Notes under the pieces: generated by a model
What the model was told of the DNA's origin: nothing
The model's database searches: none
The model's input: the letters and a program-made list of their open reading frames with translations, nothing else
DNA from: a virus
Strand: one strand, 5' to 3'
Length of the DNA: 38,790 nucleotides
Virus record (IMG/VR): IMGVR_UViG_3300009964_000017
Part shown: piece after piece, positions 18,096 through 27,084 of the stretch
Layout: the number at the start of each line of letters is the position of its first letter
How positions within the stretch are numbered: the first letter of the stretch is position 1
Program-made: the position numbers and the translations under genes

Positions 18096-20600
18096 ATGGT
18101 AAACATTGAGATTACTGGGGCTAACCGCCTAGCGGCTGTCACTGAGGAAGGGGCACTGTTTGGGAAGCCTCTAGAATCAGCCAAGGCTGCTGCACGTGAA
18201 ATCGTGGATGCACGTGTGCAAACTGTCGAGAATGCCCTGCCTGGGCGGGTTGAAGCAGTAGTCACAGAGAAACTGCCGGCAGCTGTGCAGGCTGCAACGG
18301 GTAGCGAGATTACCCGCCAGATTGACGAGCGTGTCACACCTACCATTGAGTCTAAGGTATCGTCCGTTATTACAGACAAAACGGCAGGTATCAAAACCGA
18401 GATACTATCCTCTGTTACTACAGAAATAGATAGTAAGGTGGAGGCTGGGAAAACTGCTGCGGTCACTGAGGCAAAGTCCGCTATCCCTGCCGTTGTGGAC
18501 TCTGCGGTTCATGAGGCTATCTCCAAAATAGATATTGGGGAAAAAGACTTCGGGTTCACTGGCCGCGACATTGCGGCTACCTCTTATTGGCACCCCGATT
18601 TTTGGAACGAGAACACGCAGAAAGGCTCAGAATGGCGTAAGCTCCTCAACACTGGGTCTTCCCTCGGCATCGTTGTTTTGGATAAGGCATCTGGTGAATG
18701 GGGAGATGCTGTAGACGAAAACTTCCTGAAACAAGGTATGCTCGCTGAGGCTGCGGGCGCGAAATGGTGTGCATTCTATCTGTCGTCACGTTTCGGTGCT
18801 ATGGCAGAGGAGGCGGACGCTGCGTATCGTGAAGAGGTTCGCAAAAATCTGAACGTGACAATGGATAAGGTCGAGCGTGCAACATTCGATAGGATCGTGC
18901 AGCAGGCTAAGAACATTATCTCGTGGTATAAGGGGCCTGATAAGATTCGGAAAGTCGCCATCTTTGTGGACGAGGCTGTGCATGGCTGGTCTGAGGGGCA
19001 GAAAAAGGTTGTCCCTTGGTATAAGCGCCTGTATTTGCGTCTCAAACGGGAGCTTGGCGAGGATGTTCTGATTATCATCAACCCTGGCGCGAACACTGTA
19101 CCGGAGATGATGGAAGCCTGCGACGTTGCTATCACCTATGAGTCGTCCGCGTCGAAATATATTGACCCGGAAACGAAGTTCATTCACCCAGACCACTATA
19201 AGACCATGCCCGCGTGGAGGTTCTGGCATGTTATTCATGGTGTCACTAAAGACAATATTGATGCCGTGTTTGCGACTGCTGAGAAGTTCAATATTGGGCA
19301 CCTGTACGCGACAGATCAGAAGTTCTCTGTCGGTACAGGTAGCGAGGATGAACCAGAAGAAAACCCCTACGACTATGCACCCTCTGATTGGGTTATCCAG
19401 GACACGAAATCGTGGGTGAAAGGTGTTCTACCGTTTGAGCAGCGCGTATCCGCGCTAGAGACTGTCCGTACTGTACCAGCTGGTGGAACATACAACCTCT
19501 CAGAGGGGCAGAGTATCGGAGGTTTCTTTCTGGCTGGTGCGGTTACCCACCCGACTGGTGTGCAGTGGCAGACCCCGAATAGTGTGGCACCGTCTACTGG
19601 GTTAGTTATCCTGATCCGCGCGAATGACACTATATATGGGTATGCGCCTGGCATGACCTCTGCACCTGTGCCGCAGCCAGCACCACCAGCCCCTGAGGCG
19701 GCAGCGTTGGCAGCACCGGCTAATATTCGGGTAGCACAGGTAGAAGGTGGGTTCACCGTATCGTGGGATACTGTGGCCGGGGCAACCAGTTACGAAATCT
19801 CCGTGGACGGTGCTACACCTGTCGAGGCGACGGCACCTCACAAGGTTGTTGCCGCAGCAGGGAAAACAGGGGTGCTGCAGCTCCGAGCTAAAAAAGGTAG
19901 CACCGTATCCGAGTGGGTACAGCAGCGCTACATGGTTGCTGAGGTGCCAGCCTCAGGTAAACCAGTTAAATGGGTCTTCACCTGGGCGCACGCTGGCTGG
20001 GCTGAGGGTGGGAAGGTTCTAAAGAATTTCTTCTACACACCGAAGCTCGATAGCACCCAGACTGGGCAGGCTACCGCCTATGAGCGCGCTGTATCTAGTG
20101 TAGATGGTACTGCGCTTGCTGAACCTAATAACGTCAGGATCGGTACCCAGTATTTGGCAACAAATACTGGTTTCATGTCTAAAGATGGTGACCGACTCAC
20201 GCTAACATATACGGGTGAGATGCCGCGTATCGAGGACGCACCCGCAGCTAACAGTGCCTGGCAGTACACGTTGGAGGTCGAAAAGCATGCGCTCTTGACG
20301 AAACCTGCGGCAGCGGGTGAAGGCCGTGTCTACGCGCTGGCAGCTGGTTTCGCGTATGATGAGCGTTGGGTGAACCAGCCGAATCTGGGGCAGACCCAGC
20401 AGCCAGTCAAGGCCGATGATAAGGGCATCGAGATTCGCCGTGAAGACGGTATCGTTATCATGTCTGTTATCCGCGCTAATGGGGATAAAGACCGTATCCA
20501 TTGGTTTGCTGCGAATGGCACTATTAAGACGTCAACCAGGCTAAATGTGCATGGTTGGCGTTGGGGTACGCTCACCGGTACCGAGTTCAAGGCGGCCTAA
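18096..20600 (+). CDS. Receptor-binding/tail fibre protein with spherulin-4/GH135-like glycosidase region and Fn3-like domain
   Basis: Helical N-terminal shaft; central (beta/alpha)8-like region SLGIVVLDKASGEW...GAKWCAFYLSSRFG...IRKVAIFVDEAVHGW...DVLIIINPGANTVPEMMEACDVAITYE; Fn3-like PANIRVAQVEGGFTVSWDTVAGATSYEISVDG. SD aaaaaggaaagag before ATG 18096. Confidence 0.7.
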   Translation: MVNIEITGANRLAAVTEEGALFGKPLESAKAAAREIVDARVQTVENALPGRVEAVVTEKLPAAVQAATGSEITRQIDERVTPTIESKVSSVITDKTAGIKTEILSSVTTEIDSKVEAGKTAAVTEAKSAIPAVVDSAVHEAISKIDIGEKDFGFTGRDIAATSYWHPDFWNENTQKGSEWRKLLNTGSSLGIVVLDKASGEWGDAVDENFLKQGMLAEAAGAKWCAFYLSSRFGAMAEEADAAYREEVRKNLNVTMDKVERATFDRIVQQAKNIISWYKGPDKIRKVAIFVDEAVHGWSEGQKKVVPWYKRLYLRLKRELGEDVLIIINPGANTVPEMMEACDVAITYESSASKYIDPETKFIHPDHYKTMPAWRFWHVIHGVTKDNIDAVFATAEKFNIGHLYATDQKFSVGTGSEDEPEENPYDYAPSDWVIQDTKSWVKGVLPFEQRVSALETVRTVPAGGTYNLSEGQSIGGFFLAGAVTHPTGVQWQTPNSVAPSTGLVILIRANDTIYGYAPGMTSAPVPQPAPPAPEAAALAAPANIRVAQVEGGFTVSWDTVAGATSYEISVDGATPVEATAPHKVVAAAGKTGVLQLRAKKGSTVSEWVQQRYMVAEVPASGKPVKWVFTWAHAGWAEGGKVLKNFFYTPKLDSTQTGQATAYERAVSSVDGTALAEPNNVRIGTQYLATNTGFMSKDGDRLTLTYTGEMPRIEDAPAANSAWQYTLEVEKHALLTKPAAAGEGRVYALAAGFAYDERWVNQPNLGQTQQPVKADDKGIEIRREDGIVIMSVIRANGDKDRIHWFAANGTIKTSTRLNVHGWRWGTLTGTEFKAA

Positions 20601-21392
20601 ATGAGTATGCTATTAGGTTTACTTGCCGCAGGTGCTACCGTGCAGGCTACCGCGCCTATACCAGCGGTGCCTGCGGCTAAGCCGCCCTTCAAATTGGGGC
20701 GTGACACGAACCTTGTTATCCACGCTAACAGCTACTACGCACAGTGGACGTACCCGGGTATCCAGGATGTTGGCGAGTTGGGGGCATTGATTCGTGAGTC
20801 TGGTGTAACCGCCTCAAACTTTGCTATCCCGGGCACAACATGGGCTGTCATGACGCTATCTAACCAGAACGTCATTTCTGCTTTCGACCCTGCCAAAACT
20901 AATATTTTGGTTTGCGGTGAGACGCGGAATCAGACGTTTGAGCTAGGCTCTGTTATAGCTGATCCGCAGGTTCTCGTGCAGCGCACCCGCGCCTATATAA
21001 ACCGTATTCAGGCTGAAACCAAAGCTAAATACGGTAAAGGCTGGGACTATGTTGTGTTATGCGGGACAATAGCCACCCAGGATGTTCACAACTACCCGTC
21101 TGAACAGGTGCTTGCTGGGAATAATGCAATGGCAGCGTATGACGAGTTCATGCGCGATAGAGCTAATTTAGCGTCTGTTGGTGCAGACTATTTTGTGGAC
21201 TACCGTACCTTGGATGCGGCAACGTTTGACGGTGACGGCGTGAACCGGTTGGCTGGTTTCATGGCTTCCCCAGGGGTAACAGTTATGGAAAGGACAGCAG
21301 GCACGTTTGTGCACCCAATCGGTGCTGCTCGTGAGGCGTTCGCGGCTTGTATAGCACGGACGTTGAGGAAGGTAGCCGATGCCGCATCTTGA
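20601..21392 (+). CDS. SGNH/GDSL-hydrolase-like tail-associated protein (putative esterase/deacetylase)
   Basis: 263 aa with an SGNH-like layout (NLVIHANSYYAQW..., YVVLCGTIATQDVHNY, late TFVHPIGAAREAFA His block); abuts the fibre gene. Confidence 0.45.
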   Translation: MSMLLGLLAAGATVQATAPIPAVPAAKPPFKLGRDTNLVIHANSYYAQWTYPGIQDVGELGALIRESGVTASNFAIPGTTWAVMTLSNQNVISAFDPAKTNILVCGETRNQTFELGSVIADPQVLVQRTRAYINRIQAETKAKYGKGWDYVVLCGTIATQDVHNYPSEQVLAGNNAMAAYDEFMRDRANLASVGADYFVDYRTLDAATFDGDGVNRLAGFMASPGVTVMERTAGTFVHPIGAAREAFAACIARTLRKVADAAS

Positions 21393-21834
21393 TTTTTATT
21401 CTGACGCGTTCTTCGGGTTCGCAGGCATCCTGGTTGGCGCTATTTTTGCGTGGTTTGGGAAGCGGAAAGAGCTTTCAGCTGGTGAGAATAAGGCGCGCTT
21501 GGATGCTACGGCGGCGCATGTTGATCGTCTTGACAGGGAAAATGAGAAGCTGCGGTCTAGGCTTGAGAAGATAGAGGAAGAGACTCGGCAGAGTCAGGCG
21601 GAGGCCTACGCGATGCAGGATAAGGCGCGTATGGCGTTGTCTATGGCGGTGTCGCATCTGGTTATGCTGACTGGGCATATTAATAATAGGATGCCGCCGC
21701 CTGCGCCTCCTATCCCGGACGAGTTGGAGTCGTATATTCATTCTCTGCTGTTGTGGTCTCAGAATTTTCCGACGGTTCAGCCGAAACAGCATGCGCAGCC
21801 GCGTGACCCGCCTAGTGACGGGGTAAGAGAGTAG
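21379..21834 (+). CDS. Small membrane-anchored coiled-coil protein (holin-like/DUF2746-like)
   Basis: N-terminal hydrophobic AFFGFAGILVGAIFAWFG then charged coiled coil; located before the endolysin gene. Confidence 0.5.
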   Translation: MPHLDFYSDAFFGFAGILVGAIFAWFGKRKELSAGENKARLDATAAHVDRLDRENEKLRSRLEKIEEETRQSQAEAYAMQDKARMALSMAVSHLVMLTGHINNRMPPPAPPIPDELESYIHSLLLWSQNFPTVQPKQHAQPRDPPSDGVRE

Positions 21835-21905
21835 AATAGATGTTGTGGGCAGCCCCATATATTTTTTGTGGGGCTGTCCTTATTTAGAGAAAGGAGGGGC
21901 TGTTT

Positions 21906-22775
21906 ATGGGTTATCAACTCGTGACTGACCGCGACGCAAAGAATTTCACTCTCGGCTCGCAGGTGCCAGCAGTCTTTGGCTACCAGCGTGTGATTACAAA
22001 CATTACGCTCCACTGGTGGGGTAAGCCGGAGTGGAAGCAAACCTGGGAGCAAGTCATGAATTTTTTCTGCGACTCGCCCAGTGTTACTACTAGCGCTCAT
22101 GAGGTCATCTCTGACGGTATTGTCGGTTTGATTGTGGATCATTCCGCCGCCGCTTGGGCTAACGGCAACTCACAGGGGAATGCTCAGAGTATCACGCTTG
22201 AATGCAACCCACGCATGAGCGTGGGAGATATGGGGACGGTAGCAGCCAGAATCGCCGATATATGGCGAGAGCAGGGGCGTATATTGCCTTTGACTGAGCA
22301 TCGAGATTGGTTCGCTACCGAATGCCCAGGCACCTATTCTAAGGCCGAGATGACTAGGCAGGCGATGCTCGCATATAAGGGTGTCGCAGCAGAAATCCAA
22401 ACAGCAATCAATGAAGGGGGTCTATCGGTGGCAGACATCGAGACCATTAACAAGAAGCTGGATTCCATCGCAGAGGGTATCCAGTACATTATTTCGTATT
22501 CGCAGCCTGGACGTGAAGGCATCAACGTTGACTCCACAACCGCGAATTGGATGCGTAATAGTGCCCGTGCCGCCGAGTCCTGGGCATACGGTATCGACGG
22601 TGTTTCGCATCAGGGACAGCTCAACCGTGAATTCCAGGATTTGCGCGCTAAGGTCAATGAGCTTGTGTCGCGCCCGGTCGCACAGTCTACGCAGGTTAGC
22701 ATCCAGGCGGACGATCTGCGGGCTGTAATTCGTGAAGAGCTATCTAATATCCGTTTGAAGGGAGAGGCTGCGTAA
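21906..22775 (+). CDS. Endolysin: N-acetylmuramoyl-L-alanine amidase (Amidase_2/PGRP-like)
   Basis: ITLHWWGKPEW...TTSAHEVISDGIVGLIVDHSAAAWANGNSQGNAQSITLECNPR...LTEHRDWFATECPG, the zinc-amidase pattern, with a C-terminal region. Confidence 0.9.
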   Translation: MGYQLVTDRDAKNFTLGSQVPAVFGYQRVITNITLHWWGKPEWKQTWEQVMNFFCDSPSVTTSAHEVISDGIVGLIVDHSAAAWANGNSQGNAQSITLECNPRMSVGDMGTVAARIADIWREQGRILPLTEHRDWFATECPGTYSKAEMTRQAMLAYKGVAAEIQTAINEGGLSVADIETINKKLDSIAEGIQYIISYSQPGREGINVDSTTANWMRNSARAAESWAYGIDGVSHQGQLNREFQDLRAKVNELVSRPVAQSTQVSIQADDLRAVIREELSNIRLKGEAA

Positions 22776-22776
22776 A

Positions 22777-23346
22777 ATGGCAGATAACACTACTAATGAG
22801 ACCCGATTCGTGGGTAATGTAACTAAGTCCACTACCGGCGCTACTTTGTTTGCTGGTTCGATCCTAACCATCGTAAATTATGGTCTCGCCCAGGCAGGTA
22901 TCACTATTCCTGCTGAGGTGCAGACAGCCGCTGTTACCGTGATTCTTGGTCTGGTTGTGCTGATTACTGGCCGGAATACTCGCGGCGAGAAGGCGCATCT
23001 TGAGGGTGCTATCCAGGGTGAGACCGCATCGGCGCTGGCAAATCTCGATTTGTACGAGGTTTTGGAGGCTATCGCTGATGGTGTGGCTGCTGATGCACGG
23101 AACGCGGCACCGCATGAGGCTGATGGTCGCGCTGCTTTTGAGGAGTACCGTAATACTGGTACAGTGCAGCCCGTGCAGCCTGCACAGCCTGATACTGTTG
23201 CTTATGATATGACCGGTGGCCGCGTATACCGTTTTGGGGAGCCTGGCGCTCCTGAGGGTGGCTCTGAGGGGCAGATTTATGATCCGCGTGTTGGTTGGGT
23301 TGATGATGTGCCCGACCAGTTCGGTAACGAGTCCGTACCGCACTAA
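22777..23346 (+). CDS. Holin
   Basis: Two hydrophobic segments (ATLFAGSILTIVNYGLAQAGI; VQTAAVTVILGLVVLITG) right after the endolysin gene. Confidence 0.75.
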   Translation: MADNTTNETRFVGNVTKSTTGATLFAGSILTIVNYGLAQAGITIPAEVQTAAVTVILGLVVLITGRNTRGEKAHLEGAIQGETASALANLDLYEVLEAIADGVAADARNAAPHEADGRAAFEEYRNTGTVQPVQPAQPDTVAYDMTGGRVYRFGEPGAPEGGSEGQIYDPRVGWVDDVPDQFGNESVPH

Positions 23347-23381
23347 ACTTTGCAGCTATAAATGTTGAATAGTTGAACTAG

Positions 23382-23425
23382 ATGCCCCGCAGCTCTAAAA
23401 ATTTGAGCTGCGGGGCATCTTTTTT
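23382..23425 (+). terminator. Intrinsic terminator after the lysis cassette
   Basis: Perfect 14-bp stem ATGCCCCGCAGCTC (23382-23395)/GAGCTGCGGGGCAT (23405-23418) followed by a T tract. Confidence 0.93.
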
Positions 23426-23461
23426 GCTTCCAAAAAATCCTTCTATAGGTTATTTGACAAG

Positions 23462-23686
23462 TTACGAGTGTTTCTGTCGGTACGCTTCTGATTTCCGATC
23501 CCCGCCAGGTTGTGGACGAGAAACATACCAAGCAGTCAACTGGTTAGCAGTCCATGCATGCTTGTTATCAACTATAATGGCAGGCTTAGGTAGTGGATGC
23601 TTCTTGTTGATGCGGGGAAGGGTATAGGCGGCGATACATAAATATTTCTCAGCCCCTCGCATGGTAAAAAATGGCCCTAAAGTCAT
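23462..23686 (-). CDS. AlpA-like small HTH protein, candidate excisionase
   Basis: MRGAEKYLCIAAYTLPRINKKHPLPKPAIIVDNKHAWTANQLTAWYVSRPQPG resembles AlpA/MerR-type HTH proteins (fPkP...r.W....i..W...RP); may start at the internal Met. Confidence 0.55.
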   Translation of the reverse strand: MTLGPFFTMRGAEKYLCIAAYTLPRINKKHPLPKPAIIVDNKHAWTANQLTAWYVSRPQPGGDRKSEAYRQKHS

Positions 23687-23692
23687 TTGCTG

Positions 23693-24019
23693 CTACACCT
23701 CCTCTTTACTTAGAGATGTAAAGACAGCTCGCACACCTTGAATATGTGGCTGCTGCTCAATTCTATTGTCTCCTTGGGTCGCAGCATAATGTTTGAGACA
23801 GTCATAAACAGATCGTCCCACTGCCACAGTCTTTCCATTATTATCACGTGCAGCCCATTGCCGTGTCCGCTGAAAAAAGCTGCCTTTGCCTTTCATTGTG
23901 GCAACTTGCTCACCGTCTTTGTGAATTTCTACCTCAGAGTAGCTCCGCGAGTGTAACGTGTATTTTGTCATTCTTATTGCCTTATCTTTTTCTGTCAGTG
24001 CCGTATTACCCTGACACAA
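23693..24019 (-). CDS. Hypothetical protein in lysogeny block
   Basis: Up to 108 aa; likely start at MTKYTLHSRSY (about 23971); same strand as int. Confidence 0.5.
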   Translation of the reverse strand: MCQGNTALTEKDKAIRMTKYTLHSRSYSEVEIHKDGEQVATMKGKGSFFQRTRQWAARDNNGKTVAVGRSVYDCLKHYAATQGDNRIEQQPHIQGVRAVFTSLSKEEV

Positions 24020-24319
24020 TCAAGTGTAAGCTATTTATACAGTTGAAAGCAAGTTTATATAGAGTTAAACAGCCTGCAAAATTTTTGAAAGTGGTGAGTT
24101 TATCGTGAATCCGTCCACCAGATAGTAATAAAAACCTTGTAATTACAAGGAAGTTGCACCGAAATCTAAAATCATATCTAAATTTCGTCACCTTCACCTA
24201 TCATCCCTAAAACTCAAGTCATACAATCCCGCGCACCGTGTATTCACAAGACCACAAGAGACTGAAACATATTTTAGAGTTCCTTAAAGTTCTTTATAAT
24301 CCTGTGCAAAATAGTGAGT

Positions 24320-25399
24320 TTATAGTGACTCACCATAAAGCGCCTTCTGCAGCACTGCCGAATTATCGGCGATGCCGCGCCGCTCAATATACGACCTGCG
24401 AGTCATAGAATCCTTCTCATGCCCCAATTGCACGGACGCAGCATTAGAGCCAGCAGCACGATCAATCAGTGTTGCCACCGTCCGCCGGAACGTGTGGAAC
24501 GTAACCCACTCCCAACTACTGCCCCGCAAAACGTTCCTGAGCACAGTCCCCGCGTTCGCGCCAGTCAATAGTCCACCACGCGAACCCACAAAAACAAATT
24601 CAGAGACACGCGGAACAGAAGAAAGCGCATCTATAATCCCAGCAGGCAGAATGACCGCACGAGCATGCCCAGTCTTCGTGTGCGCCTGCCAGCTCTTCGT
24701 GCGATCCACGACAGTTCCTCTAATTGTGCACTGCCGCGTCTCAAAATCAATATCTTGCCAGCGAATACCTAGCGCCTCACCAACCCGCGCACCTGTTGCC
24801 AGTAAGAAATCGACGAGTAAGGGAAGCCAAGCGCGGCCTTCACAACTATTCGCCAGATACTGCCGTAGCTCTATAATCTGTTCCACGGTCAGCGCTTTAG
24901 GTATTTTTCGTGCAGCAGGTGTTGCAGGGACTAGAGACATCGGGTTTGTGGTGATCGTGCCGTTGATAACTTCTCTATCTAGAGCCATTTTGAGGACGCG
25001 GCGGCATGTGCTTACTGTGGTTGGTTTAGCGTCTAGCTCTGTGATGTATCGGTAGAGCATCGGTGTTGATAGCTCGTGCACCTGCAGGTTGCCTATGTCT
25101 TTGCTGACGCGTTCTACTGCTGCCGTGTATGTTGGTTTGGTTTGCGGCGCGACCTTGTGTTGTCCTAGCCAGGATTCTAGAGCTTCTCGTAGCGTGGTTA
25201 TGGTAGCGCCGTGGGTGGTGAGGTTTTCGAGTTTTGCGGTTAGTCGTCGTTGAGCTGCCGCTTTGGTGGTTGCGCGCGCGGTTACGTCACGGCGCTTGCC
25301 GTATTGGTCTCTATAGTATGTTCTTGCGACCCATTGCCCTGTTTCTGTTTTGCGGGCGCTAATTTTTCCGTGCTGTCCTGGCGGTGTTCTGGGGCGCAT
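24320..25399 (-). CDS. int: Tyrosine-family site-specific integrase
   Basis: Catalytic boxes ATGARVGEALGIRWQDID (R), HTFRRTVATLIDRA (HxxR), LGHEKDSMTRRSYIER (LGH..Y). Confidence 0.95.
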   Translation of the reverse strand: MRPRTPPGQHGKISARKTETGQWVARTYYRDQYGKRRDVTARATTKAAAQRRLTAKLENLTTHGATITTLREALESWLGQHKVAPQTKPTYTAAVERVSKDIGNLQVHELSTPMLYRYITELDAKPTTVSTCRRVLKMALDREVINGTITTNPMSLVPATPAARKIPKALTVEQIIELRQYLANSCEGRAWLPLLVDFLLATGARVGEALGIRWQDIDFETRQCTIRGTVVDRTKSWQAHTKTGHARAVILPAGIIDALSSVPRVSEFVFVGSRGGLLTGANAGTVLRNVLRGSSWEWVTFHTFRRTVATLIDRAAGSNAASVQLGHEKDSMTRRSYIERRGIADNSAVLQKALYGESL

Positions 25400-25451
25400 A
25401 TTTTTATCTGCCTATATATAGGAGTGAATGATAGGTACCCGTTTCGGGGTT

Positions 25452-25775
25452 TTAGAGGATCATGTCTAGGAGTTGCCGACTATCTCTTTCTAGCCTCCTC
25501 TCGGCGGTGGCAATAACGTCTGCTACGTCTACGTCGAGGGCTTCACAGATAGCCTCTAGTTCGTTGATGGTGAGGGGGCTTTCTGATTTGTTGATGGTGA
25601 CTGATAGGCGGCTTTTGCTGATGCCTGTCATGTCTTGAAGTTGGCGTAGTGAGTTGCTGCGGCGTCCGTTGAGTTCTTTTAGTTCTTCGTGGACTAGTTG
25701 ACTGAATGGGGAGGCTTTTCCGGTACCTTTTCGGTTTCCTCCATGACTGCCTATTTTCTTCAAGTTGTGGTTCAT
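25452..25775 (-). CDS. XRE-type HTH protein, candidate immunity repressor
   Basis: SLRQLQDMTGISKSRLSVTINKSESPLTINELEAICEALDVDVADVI; divergent from a second HTH gene. Confidence 0.75.
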   Translation of the reverse strand: MNHNLKKIGSHGGNRKGTGKASPFSQLVHEELKELNGRRSNSLRQLQDMTGISKSRLSVTINKSESPLTINELEAICEALDVDVADVIATAERRLERDSRQLLDMIL

Positions 25776-25817
25776 GCTTACAACCCTAGCACATGCTAAA
25801 TCTATTTTAAAGAGGGC

Positions 25818-25856
25818 ATAAGGAATTATAAGAAACTATAAGTGAGTTATTTCACT
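25818..25856. promoter_or_regulatory. Candidate operator cluster between divergent HTH genes
   Basis: Three ATAAG boxes at exact 10-bp spacing (25818, 25828, 25838) followed by the inverted repeat AGTGA-N6-TCACT. Confidence 0.5.
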
Positions 25857-25924
25857 GGTTTTCGGCTTGATCTGTCCCTATCTGAGGACGTAAAGTTGTA
25901 TACATCAGGAAACGAAAGGCACTG

Positions 25925-26173
25925 ATGAAAAAACAAAATATGGGAGAGCTAGTAGCCGAAAACATCACACTAGCACTCAAAAAGAGAAAGCTCACTCAAA
26001 AAGCTCTCTCATGTAAAACCGGCATAACCCACGCCAGAATACAAGGCATAGCCTCAGGCACACGGGTAGCCACACTAGACGAAATACAGGCGATCTCAAA
26101 CGCAATGACCATCCCAATGGAATGGTTCGTAAGAGAACACCTCACCGAACTAAACGACTGGAAGAAAGGATAA
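25925..26173 (+). CDS. Cro-like HTH regulator
   Basis: ENITLALKKRKLTQKALSCKTGITHARIQGIASGTRVATLDEIQAISNAMTIPMEWF XRE HTH. Confidence 0.75.
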   Translation: MKKQNMGELVAENITLALKKRKLTQKALSCKTGITHARIQGIASGTRVATLDEIQAISNAMTIPMEWFVREHLTELNDWKKG

Positions 26174-26178
26174 AGGGA

Positions 26179-26403
26179 ATGAAAAACCTCACCGTCGAAA
26201 TACCCGACATACCAGAAGGACTAATAGGGCAAGCACTTATAGAAATTATTGCCAAACGAGCAAGAATCAACATGCAAATTCAAAGCCTCGAAGACAAAAT
26301 GGCGAAAATAGCAGCAGAGATTCACAATCTCCGAGACAGAGAAACCAAGCTCCGAGACCTCGACATTGCTTACACCAAATATATGGAAGGAGGAAAAATC
26401 TAA
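26179..26403 (+). CDS. Small coiled-coil early protein
   Basis: MKNLTVEIPDIPEGLIGQALIEIIAKRARINMQIQSLEDKMAKIAAEI...; SD aaaggg. Confidence 0.55.
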   Translation: MKNLTVEIPDIPEGLIGQALIEIIAKRARINMQIQSLEDKMAKIAAEIHNLRDRETKLRDLDIAYTKYMEGGKI

Positions 26404-26405
26404 AA

Positions 26406-26624
26406 ATGTCACTCACCATCAAAAACGAAACATGGTTCACACCAAGAGAAGTAGCCGAATGGCTCGGACTCACAGAACAAACCCTCAACAAATGGCGGTC
26501 AGCAGGACAAGGGCCCACCTACGTATCAACCACCAACGGCACACGAGGCGGACGAATCCTCTACAAAGAAACCGACATACACAACTGGCTCAACAGCCTA
26601 GAACCACAAAAAACCATCCACTAA
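26406..26624 (+). CDS. MerR/excisionase-like HTH DNA-binding protein
   Basis: WFTPREVAEWLGLTEQTLNKWRSAGQGPTYVSTTNGTRGGRILYKETDIHNWLNS is a canonical helix-turn-helix_17-like motif. Confidence 0.8.
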   Translation: MSLTIKNETWFTPREVAEWLGLTEQTLNKWRSAGQGPTYVSTTNGTRGGRILYKETDIHNWLNSLEPQKTIH

Positions 26625-26647
26625 CCCAAAAACGGAGAACACAAGCC

Positions 26648-26860
26648 ATGAAACGCGAACACTGCGAAGCCCTCGCAACCTGCCTCTTCAACACGGCACT
26701 AATCCTCCTACTAGGACTCTGCTTCTACGAACCAGACATCAACACCATGTTCACCGTAGCAGCCCTCGGAACCGCGATCCTCGGTGTACTAGCGCTCATG
26801 GCTATAAACCCGAAGCTCGACAAACCAAAAACCGAGAAAGACCATAACGCACACGCCTAA
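26648..26860 (+). CDS. Small membrane protein
   Basis: Two hydrophobic stretches (ALATCLFNTALILLLGLCF; MFTVAALGTAILGVLALMAI). Confidence 0.5.
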   Translation: MKREHCEALATCLFNTALILLLGLCFYEPDINTMFTVAALGTAILGVLALMAINPKLDKPKTEKDHNAHA

Positions 26861-26881
26861 ACAACCTTTAGTCAGGCCATA

Positions 26882-27082
26882 ATGTCCTTAAATAGAAACA
26901 GACAGCCGATACTCCCCAAACTATCCGCATACGCACTAGCCGCGGCACTAATCCTAGCGTTCGGAATCAGCAGTGACGAACCAAGTACAGCAACCATATA
27001 CGCAATACTCGCCGCCACCGCGTTTATCACGGGGATAGCCCTCTACCTCACACACGAGGTAACCATCATTAGGAAAGGCTAA
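26882..27082 (+). CDS. Small membrane protein
   Basis: 66 aa, two hydrophobic stretches (LSAYALAAALILAFGI; TIYAILAATAFITGIALYL). Confidence 0.5.
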   Translation: MSLNRNRQPILPKLSAYALAAALILAFGISSDEPSTATIYAILAATAFITGIALYLTHEVTIIRKG

Positions 27083-27084
27083 CT

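Noticed and set aside
18776-19301. Minus-strand ORFs of 119 and 171 aa opposite the fibre gene
   Set aside because: Antisense to the well-supported glycosidase-like domain and without supporting signals.
23382-23425. Bidirectional terminator for the convergent lysis and lysogeny operons
   Set aside because: Only the plus-strand side has a T tract, so the leftward operon's terminator is not supported here.
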